Assembly (NCBI GenBank): GCA_051294375.1
Contig: CM119267.1
Coordinates: 21,623,892 to 21,631,427, forward strand
Source of the DNA: Paraspadella gotoi
Taxonomy: Eukaryota; Animalia; Chaetognatha
Direction: 5' to 3'
DNA length: 7,536 bases
Part shown: positions 1 to 7,476 of the stretch, piece after piece
Position numbering within the stretch: the stretch's first letter is position 1
How the letters are laid out: each line of letters opens with the position of its first letter
The notes under the pieces: model-generated
The model's input: the letters and a program-made list of their open reading frames with translations, nothing else
The model's database searches: none
What the model was told of the DNA's origin: nothing
Made by a program: the position numbers and the translations under genes

Positions 1-306
1 TTCCCAGAACGCTCCATTTTATTCTTAAATTCGGAATTAGGTTGATTTTTTTTTAATTAATAATTAGGTCAGAGGTTAGGGTTAGGGATTAGGTGAGGGG
101 GTAAATTAGTGATCAGGGTTATGGATTTGGTTTGGGTTAGGGACTAATGCTTATGATTAGAGGTTAGGTTTAGAAATTAGGGATAATTGTTCAGGATTAG
201 GTTAGGGTAAGGGATTAGGGTTAAAGATTGGTTCATAAGTTTTAAAACACATTTAAGTTAAATATTAATATTAAAATTAAATGGGACACTCTCAGAAAAG
301 AGAACC
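1..306. mobile_element. Second copy of the same MITE-like element (left TIR truncated by the window edge)
   Basis: Starts ttcccagaacgctccattttattcttaaattcggaatt (compare 3248 onward, ttcccagaacgccccattttatcttaatttgggaatt). Right end aaatgggacactctcagaaaagagaacc (279-306) is 23/28 identical to 3485-3512. Exact TTAGGG at 76-87 (x2), 137, 177, 202 and 215. Confidence 0.7.
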
Positions 307-378
307 AAGCTTACCTACTTTTCACGTGAGAAATGCAATATTATGATAAAATATTAGATCTTGTTGGAGGGATGGCCT

Positions 379-450
379 GTCCAAAGTCAGGGACAAGATA
401 GCATATTTAATTAATGAATAATTTTAATCTTGATTGCGCCCAATTTCATA
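379..450 (+). repeat. Left arm of a ~72-bp inverted repeat (partner 1432-1506)
   Basis: 379-419 matches the reverse complement of 1466-1506 at 38/41. Similarity continues with small indels to aatttcata (442-450) / tatgaaatt (1432-1440). Confidence 0.85.
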
Positions 451-515
451 TTATAAGTATATATAATATATATATTGTATATTTTATAATTCATCTCAGG
501 CAGGACCCTCACCCG

Positions 516-968
516 NNNNNNNNNNNNNNNNNNNNNNNNNNNNNNNNNNNNNNNNNNNNNNNNNNNNNNNNNNNNNNNNNNNNNNNNNNNNNNNNNNNNN
601 NNNNNNNNNNNNNNNNNNNNNNNNNNNNNNNNNNNNNNNNNNNNNNNNNNNNNNNNNNNNNNNNNNNNNNNNNNNNNNNNNNNNNNNNNNNNNNNNNNNN
701 NNNNNNNNNNNNNNNNNNNNNNNNNNNNNNNNNNNNNNNNNNNNNNNNNNNNNNNNNNNNNNNNNNNNNNNNNNNNNNNNNNNNNNNNNNNNNNNNNNNN
801 NNNNNNNNNNNNNNNNNNNNNNNNNNNNNNNNNNNNNNNNNNNNNNNNNNNNNNNNNNNNNNNNNNNNNNNNNNNNNNNNNNNNNNNNNNNNNNNNNNNN
901 NNNNNNNNNNNNNNNNNNNNNNNNNNNNNNNNNNNNNNNNNNNNNNNNNNNNNNNNNNNNNNNNNNNN
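516..968. other. Assembly gap (453 N)
   Basis: N run, flanked on the right by GA-rich repeat sequence. Confidence 1.
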
Positions 969-1015
969 GAGACAGAGACAGATAGAGAAAGTCATTCTCT
1001 TTCCCACTTCTTTAG

Positions 1016-1146
1016 CCACGACGGCAGCCTCGTTTCGATTTCCGAAATCGCTTCTCTCTTCTCCGCCGAAAATTGCCAAGTTTTGGCGGGAAAACCCAAA
1101 CTCTTTTTCATCGACGCCTGTCAGGGAGAGTCTCTGTGGAACGCAG
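1016..1146 (+). CDS. Caspase (peptidase C14A) exon: C-terminal part of the large (p20) subunit with catalytic Cys
   Basis: Pyrimidine tract plus AG acceptor (ttctctttcccacttctttAG, ends 1015) and GT donor at 1147. Translates HDGSLVSISEIASLFSAENCQVLAGKPKLFFIDACQGESLWNA, matching the caspase signature F-x(4)-C-x-x-L-x-GKPKLFFIxACxG. Catalytic Cys codon TGT is at 1119-1121. Upstream exons are not visible (gap or outside window). Confidence 0.93.
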
Positions 1147-1260
1147 GTTTTTAGATATTCGCTGTTAAATTTTGATCTTAATGTAATAAGTCATACACCG
1201 TAAGAATTAACTTAGTACGTAAAACATTGTGAGTTATGATTATTTACTTTCTCTAATCAG

Positions 1261-1392
1261 CGTCCGACGCCCGAGACGTTAGTTTCCCGTCTCCTCATCT
1301 CCTCACCTCCTCTTCCTCATCCGAGGAGGAGGATTTCTTTTTCGGATACTCGACTTTGGACGGATGCGTCTCCTGGCGCGATAGGGAAATCG
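1261..1392 (+). CDS. Caspase exon: inter-subunit linker and start of the small (p10) subunit
   Basis: Acceptor tttctctaatcAG ends 1260, donor GTATGA at 1393. The phase-1 junction with the previous exon keeps the frame: (A)SDARDVSFPSPHLLTSSSSSEEEDFFFGYSTLDGCVSWRDREI(G), matching the p10 motif DFLxxYSTxxGxxSWR. Confidence 0.92.
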
Positions 1393-1431
1393 GTATGAAT
1401 TTCAAACATGGGTTTTTGATTATTTTATTAT

Positions 1432-1506
1432 TATGAAATTGGTACAACCAATATAAAAATTATCCATTCATTAAATAAATAAGCTATCTTGCCCCTGACT
1501 TTGGAC
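1432..1506 (-). repeat. Right arm of the inverted repeat, inside the last caspase intron
   Basis: Reverse complement reads gtccaaagtcaggggcaagatagcttatttatttaatgaat..., versus gtccaaagtcagggacaagatagcatatttaattaatgaat at 379-419. Confidence 0.85.
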
Positions 1507-1597
1507 CGTTATTAAAAAAAGTATACAAATAAAAAAATAATATTTAAAAATATAATTTCAAATCTTACATGCAAATATTGATTTTTTTTAAAAACAG

Positions 1598-1755
1598 GAT
1601 CTTTGTACGTCGAGACGCTCGCACGCCTTTTGTTGGATATGCGTGGTTGCGACCTTCGCGACATCCATCGACGGGTTGAAAAACGAGTGAGCGAAGTCGG
1701 GAAACAAAAGCCACATTCACGTTCCACTTTGAAAAAGGCCTTGTTTTTGAGTTAG
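1598..1755 (+). CDS. Caspase terminal coding exon: C-terminus of the p10 subunit
   Basis: Acceptor aaacAG ends 1597, phase 1. Translates (G)SLYVETLARLLLDMRGCDLRDIHRRVEKRVSEVGKQKPHSRSTLKKALFLS with TAG at 1753-1755, matching the caspase C-terminal pattern GSWFIxxL...KQxP...STLxKxLxF. Confidence 0.92.
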
Positions 1756-2059
1756 CTTTAAGTAAAAATTATTCCAAATGTTTCAATCGTATGATCGTCT
1801 TGTTTTATGATACATTGCGAGGTCGGCTCATGTCGCAAGACACTTTCGCTTTGTTGCTCTTTCGTTATATAAATTAATTCTTTTGTTTAACCTCCTTGAC
1901 ATTTCGACCGACAACCGTGACATGTTTGAATTAAAGAATATAGATTTAGACATTTTCAATTAAAATGAGCCTTTGTTAATTCGAGGTCATTCCGCTCGAT
2001 AAAATTTACTCCAAAATTTTTTTTTTTCAAGATTGAAAAAACATTATGAAGAAAATCTT

Positions 2060-2224
2060 GCCCCATTGATAATAATAATTAGGTTGCAGCATAAGTTAAG
2101 GATTATAGAGCATTAGATTAGTATTTAAGGTTTATTATTAGGTTAGGGATAAAAAAATTAGGTCAAAGAATTAATTAAGAAACGTATTAAAGAATATAAA
2201 AGGGTCGCTATAGAAAATAGTGCC
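2060..2224. mobile_element. Third, more decayed copy of the MITE-like element
   Basis: gccccatt at 2060, ttaggttaggg core near 2138-2148, and right end aaaagggtcgctatagaaaatagtgcc (2198-2224) aligning at about 20/28 with one gap to the right TIR of the 3239-3512 copy. Confidence 0.45.
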
Positions 2225-2806
2225 ATTCTCTTTTCCTTTATTCTCCACTTTCCAGCGTCAAAGCAATAAAATCTAAGATCTATTAAACATTTTATCCGTG
2301 ATTATAATTTTTGTGAGACAAGGATTAAATATTCCTTTTTCGCTAATAATCTTTACTCTCCTCTTCACCTTTCGCTTAAAAAACCTCGAGCCTCGATTCG
2401 ACCTCAAAATTTTCTCTGGGATTCATCTCGTCTCCAAATTGACATCCAGCGATTATTCAAAATTATCATCACATCTTCGACAAAGATTCTCGACGGCAGA
2501 ATCGATTTCAAACGAAAATCTTTGACGAGGTCGATATATTTAGTTTGCGGGTGACCACTCATTCGCCAGGTTATTATACCTGATTACAGGACGCCGTGAA
2601 ACAAAACGAAAAAATCCCCCGGAAAAAAAAATCGTGTTTGAAAGGGATTCTCACGCTTTCACGTCTCGGACCCTCACCCCCCTTTTCCTTTAAAAAAAGG
2701 GGAAAAAAAAGAAAGAAAAATATCGAGAGAAAACTGAAATTGGCATCTTTTCTTTTTCTTTGTCAGCTTTTTGTTATGTCTCTCATCTTATTTTGTCTCG
2801 TCAATC

Positions 2807-2922
<116 letters not shown>

Positions 2923-3238
2923 CCTCTCCCTCTTTCATCTCACCTTTCTTTTTTTCAACTCCTCTCGTCATTAACACCTCCCGATTTTTTTAAAAACTAT
3001 ATTTTATACATTTATTTTCGAGGAAAGTCCACTCCGTTGTTGGCTCATTATATCTGCATTTATTTAAATCAAGAAACCTTCCCTTTTTACGCTATAGTAG
3101 GTAAATTAACTAAAAAAAGGTATCAAAAATTATACATTGTCACATAATTTTTATAGTCTAGAAAAAAGATTTAAATAGTATTTTTGTCCAAACCTCCACT
3201 ACGGTTTTCACCCGAATATTTTCCGCATATCCCTTTTT

Positions 3239-3512
3239 GGCTTTATTTTCCCAGAACGCCCCATTTTATCTTAATTTGGGAATTTTAATTAATTTTTCTA
3301 GTTAAGGATGAGGTTGCGTAATGGGTTAGGTTAATGATTAAGGTTAATGATTAATTAGGTTAATGATTAAGGTTAGGGACTTGGCTTTTGATTAGGGTTA
3401 AGAATTAGGGATTGGTTTATATATTGAAAAACATAATTAGGTTAACTATTAAGTTTAAAATTAAATTCTGTAATAAACCAACAGAAATGGGTAACTCTGG
3501 GAAAAGAGAGCC
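3239..3512. mobile_element. MITE-like non-autonomous element (~274 bp) with 28-bp imperfect TIRs and a degenerate TTAGGG core; full copy
   Basis: Left end ggctttattttcccagaacgccccattt (3239-3266) matches the reverse complement of the right end aaatgggtaactctgggaaaagagagcc (3485-3512) at 22/28. Internal TTAGGG/TTAGG variants are present. Clearly homologous to 1-306. Confidence 0.7.
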
Positions 3513-3819
3513 CGCTTTGTAATGTTTCAATCAAAACTTGAATATTCTTTGGCTTTTATGTTATCCGCTCATCACCTTCCTCTTCTTTTTCCCTCAAAAC
3601 CAGAGGTCTGTTTTTACCCTCCACCCTGTCTATCCCTTCTCATCCTCTTTTTACAATCTCTATCGTACGCAGATCGATCTCCCGATTCAAGTTCATTCTT
3701 TTTTTCCTATTTTAGATGTCTATTGTTTCTTTTGCTGTTCCCCACTTCTCTTTCTGGTTTTCTTCAATTCATTTTCACTATTTCAATTATTTTTTCTATT
3801 ATCCTCATCGCTCCGTACA

Positions 3820-4055
3820 ACCCTCTTACTCCCCTCCTTAACTTCTACTACCCCCTTTTTTCTCTCTTCCTACCCCCTTCCCACTTTTACCATCCTGACC
3901 CACTCCCCCTTCCCGCCCCTCACTTCTCCCCTTCTCGCCTCCACTCTTCCCCTTCTTCCCGCACTTCCCCATCTTCCTGCCGCCCACTTTTCCACTTCCT
4001 GTGCCCACTTCCCCACTTACCCCCTTCCTCTCCCCCCGACTCCCTCCAACCCCCT
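3820..4055 (-). repeat. Low-complexity C/T-rich tract (G/A-rich on minus) with degenerate CCCACTT(C) units
   Basis: Recurrent (c)cactt units near 3880, 3921, 3962, 3983, 3992, 4004 and 4012, and many C3-C6 runs. Confidence 0.75.
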
Positions 4056-4257
4056 GGCGCCACGCGAAGTCTGATCTTCTGGCGCCACCGAGTCTGAGGG
4101 CCTCCGGACGAGGGGGGATGAGGAGGAGGAGGAGGAGGAAAAGGAAGAAGAAGCAGTTAAGTAAAGGCTGAAGAGGAAGAGGAGAACTGGGTGGATCGTG
4201 AGTCGACCAAGGAGACGGTGAAGCTCACAGGCGTGAAGACATAAAAGAGAGATACAC

Positions 4258-4364
4258 CTCTCTCCCGCACTGTATCTCTCTCTCTCTTTTAGTATTTTTC
4301 TCCCTCTCCCGATCTTTCACTCTCTTTGGTTTTCTGTCTCTTTCGCGATCTCTCTCTCTCTCTT

Positions 4365-4426
<62 letters not shown>
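4258..4426. repeat. Imperfect (TC)n microsatellite, nearly pure from 4371
   Basis: Interrupted TC runs, directly visible. Confidence 0.95.
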
Positions 4427-4512
4427 AATGAGATACACATACTTGAAAGGATTAATGAAGTATGAAAGCCTTTTAAAACTTTAAACCATGACTAATATTG
4501 ATAATGAAAAAC

Positions 4513-4548
4513 AGAGAGAGAGAGAGAATACGACAGAGAGAGAGTACC

Positions 4549-4609
<61 letters not shown>
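4513..4609. repeat. Interrupted (AG)n tract (4513-4544) followed by (TC)28 (4553-4609)
   Basis: Directly visible. The two tracts are mutually complementary. Confidence 0.95.
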
Positions 4610-4612
<3 letters not shown>

Positions 4613-5033
4613 CTTCTGTATCTTCGTCAACGCAGACAACCGTGCCCCCCTGTCACCGTCACGAAGTAACGAGATTGTCTTTTCGCGCTAATTCAACATC
4701 CCGTAACTATTTCTGGGGGGACAAGATAATTTCCCCTTAATTGAGAAGACCAATGCAAAGGAAAAAGAGAAGGAAAAAAAAGAGAAAATGTTACGAACTT
4801 AATATATGTAACACAAGAGTTGATTTTACAGATTTAATAATTATGTTGTTATATAATATTAGACTAATAAAAAAAATATTTTCAGAAATTGTAAAAATTG
4901 AGTTATATTGTCTTATTGAGATAGAATTTACAATGTACTATAATCGTGTGTTTTGTAAATTTCTAACGAGACTTTTAATAGATACATGAACACTTTTTCA
5001 AAATTGCACAATGATTAATAATCGCCGTCTTTG

Positions 5034-6020
5034 NNNNNNNNNNNNNNNNNNNNNNNNNNNNNNNNNNNNNNNNNNNNNNNNNNNNNNNNNNNNNNNNNNN
5101 NNNNNNNNNNNNNNNNNNNNNNNNNNNNNNNNNNNNNNNNNNNNNNNNNNNNNNNNNNNNNNNNNNNNNNNNNNNNNNNNNNNNNNNNNNNNNNNNNNNN
5201 NNNNNNNNNNNNNNNNNNNNNNNNNNNNNNNNNNNNNNNNNNNNNNNNNNNNNNNNNNNNNNNNNNNNNNNNNNNNNNNNNNNNNNNNNNNNNNNNNNNN
5301 NNNNNNNNNNNNNNNNNNNNNNNNNNNNNNNNNNNNNNNNNNNNNNNNNNNNNNNNNNNNNNNNNNNNNNNNNNNNNNNNNNNNNNNNNNNNNNNNNNNN
5401 NNNNNNNNNNNNNNNNNNNNNNNNNNNNNNNNNNNNNNNNNNNNNNNNNNNNNNNNNNNNNNNNNNNNNNNNNNNNNNNNNNNNNNNNNNNNNNNNNNNN
5501 NNNNNNNNNNNNNNNNNNNNNNNNNNNNNNNNNNNNNNNNNNNNNNNNNNNNNNNNNNNNNNNNNNNNNNNNNNNNNNNNNNNNNNNNNNNNNNNNNNNN
5601 NNNNNNNNNNNNNNNNNNNNNNNNNNNNNNNNNNNNNNNNNNNNNNNNNNNNNNNNNNNNNNNNNNNNNNNNNNNNNNNNNNNNNNNNNNNNNNNNNNNN
5701 NNNNNNNNNNNNNNNNNNNNNNNNNNNNNNNNNNNNNNNNNNNNNNNNNNNNNNNNNNNNNNNNNNNNNNNNNNNNNNNNNNNNNNNNNNNNNNNNNNNN
5801 NNNNNNNNNNNNNNNNNNNNNNNNNNNNNNNNNNNNNNNNNNNNNNNNNNNNNNNNNNNNNNNNNNNNNNNNNNNNNNNNNNNNNNNNNNNNNNNNNNNN
5901 NNNNNNNNNNNNNNNNNNNNNNNNNNNNNNNNNNNNNNNNNNNNNNNNNNNNNNNNNNNNNNNNNNNNNNNNNNNNNNNNNNNNNNNNNNNNNNNNNNNN
6001 NNNNNNNNNNNNNNNNNNNN
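5034..6020. other. Assembly gap (987 N)
   Basis: N run. Confidence 1.
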
Positions 6021-6323
6021 GCCTTCATCGATCCGACCTTTATTCAAACTTTTTTAAGCTCGAGATGGTGTCACAGAGTTGGCAAAGAAACCAGTTTCCC
6101 CGGCAACCGAATCAACAGGTCGATGAAACGGGTCGATGCTCCAAATTAGATTAGATTTATTATAACCAAGTCACATCAACGTTTTCCCAGCGCAAGGAAT
6201 TTTTTCTCGCCATTCATGATTCTATCCTTCAAACTACAAAACGTTTTTCCGTTTCATTTTAATATCGGTCCACTTTTATCATCCTGTAGATTTCCCTCCT
6301 TTCTAGCGATCACCCGGTAGACA

Positions 6324-6837
6324 ATGGGCGCCCAAGAGTTGGATGATCTTCTCGCCTCCTTCGGCGTCTGCGGTTGGTATCCGCTCGGCGTCTTCCTAGT
6401 CAAACGTCGTCATCGGAATTTGTCAGAGTTTCCTCTTTCAGGGAAACGCTTTGGCCACGTCCGAGCCGAGATTCCGCTGCGGCGATTTCGCTCCTTACCT
6501 TAACCTGACCTCGATCGAGAACGAGACCCGAGTCGGGGATCGATTGTCCCGAGCGGAGATCTGCGACCATCGGATGCCCGGGACGCAACTGGACCTTCGA
6601 GGAGCCGGTCTCCAATTCGCTGGCGGCCGAATGGAGGCTCGTTTGCGACCGGGAATGGCTCGTCAATCTGACGGAGACGCTGTTCTACGTCGGCAGTCTG
6701 TCAGCCTGCTTCTTTGTCGGCTACTTCATCGACGCCTTCGGCCGACGTCGCCTAGTGATGGCGTCGGCGGTTCTCAATTTGCTCGTCGGGTTGCAGGTCG
6801 CTTGGGTCGACAACGTTTACTTCTACATCGGGCTTAG
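6324..6837 (+). CDS. SLC22-like coding exon 1 (TM1, large extracellular loop, TM2-3), frameshifted twice
   Basis: ATG at 6324 in context acaATGG, preceded by a likely 5'UTR acceptor (ttccctcctttctAG ending 6306). Homology runs through three successive frames. Donor AG|GTTCGT at 6838. Confidence 0.8.
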
Positions 6838-6984
6838 GTTCGTTTATTTTAGATTGGTTGCAGGTGGCGAGCCATTGCATTGAATTGCATTTAATTTCAA
6901 AAAGTCAAGAATGGAATATGATCCTTGTTTGACTTTACTACAATTTATTTGTTCAATTTACTTGACCTTCACTAATATCTAATA

Positions 6985-7076
<92 letters not shown>
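6985..7076. repeat. (TATC)23 tetranucleotide (GATA-type) microsatellite at the 3' end of SLC22 intron 1
   Basis: 92-nt perfect run ending 2 nt before the acceptor AG (7079-7080). Confidence 0.98.
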
Positions 7077-7078
<2 letters not shown>

Positions 7079-7080
7079 AG

Positions 7081-7221
7081 ATTTCTTCTCGGCATTGGCT
7101 ACGTAGGCATCTACTCCATCTACACTTACAAATGCGAACTGTTTGCGTCTCGTCATCGACTCTTGGCTTTGCCCTTGGATCCTTCTTGACCGATTGGTGG
7201 CCTCCTGATGCCGCTTTTCTC
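7081..7221 (+). CDS. SLC22-like coding exon 2 (TM4-TM5) with in-frame TGA
   Basis: Acceptor ttAG ends 7080, donor GTGAGT at 7222. Translates (R)FLLGIGYVGIYSIYTYKCELFASRHRLLALPLDPS*PIGGLLMPLF(S). Confidence 0.82.
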
Positions 7222-7476
7222 GTGAGTTGGACCAAAGTATAAACAGGAAAAAAAAATATATAATTGTTTATAAAACTCGGTTAAAATTTACCTAATAATA
7301 ACAAAATAAAGTTACAAAATTGCAATATAAATTTTCAAAAACTTTCGAAATTTTGTTGAATTTTTGAGATAAACTACAAATTCTTTGTACAATGTAAAAT
7401 CTCGTACAGATTTCTTATTTTTTATTATTATTTATTTGTCATTATTACTATTATTAAAGTCCAATGACTTTCTCAG

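Noticed and set aside
60-230. True telomere or chromosome-fusion relic
   Set aside because: The repeats are highly degenerate, not head-to-head, and embedded in a TIR-bounded unit repeated elsewhere in the window.
503-514. 12-bp match ggaccctcaccc shared with 2668-2679
   Set aside because: About one such match is expected by chance in roughly 6 kb of called sequence.
1014-1025. SHDG in the ORF track as the caspase catalytic His motif (SHG)
   Set aside because: The Ser codon spans the splice acceptor, and this His is 34 residues before the Cys versus about 42 in caspase-3. It aligns with the downstream G-x-D/N-G turn, not the catalytic His.
379-1506. Pack-MULE-like transposon that captured caspase exons between TIRs
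   Set aside because: The exon at 1598-1755 lies outside the repeat yet continues the same protein in phase, and no target-site duplication is visible.
1512-1727. Minus-strand ORFs 1512-1727 and 6400-6666
   Set aside because: Antisense shadows of the caspase and SLC22 exons.
3522-4097. Two overlapping + strand ORFs rich in Leu/Phe/Pro/Ser, resembling membrane proteins
   Set aside because: Stop-codon depletion is expected in C/T-rich low-complexity DNA, and there is no recognisable family or splice support.
4075-4243. + strand acidic peptide fragments (DEEEEEEEKEEEAVK*, KAEEEEENWVDRESTKETVKLTGVKT*)
   Set aside because: Short, in different frames, derived from GAG/GAA triplet runs, and with no start codon or acceptor.
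4998-6149. Long ORFs across the N gap (also 411-1079 and the 5' part of 414-1154)
   Set aside because: Artefacts of translating N runs.
6399-6553. GT-AG micro-introns (6399-6426, 28 nt; 6532-6553, 22 nt) that would each repair a frameshift
   Set aside because: They would delete part of TM1 and leave no second loop Cys. They have exon-like composition and poor donors, and are far shorter than the real AT-rich introns here (114-255 nt).
6451-6837. 128-aa ORF as a standalone gene
   Set aside because: Only its first ~30-40 residues are in the SLC22 frame; the rest is out-of-frame sequence after the second frameshift.
6838-6883. Read-through of the SLC22 donor giving RFVYFRLVAGGEPLH*, resembling a duplicated TM4 start
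   Set aside because: Terminates quickly, and the exon at 7081 supplies the proper RFLLG continuation.
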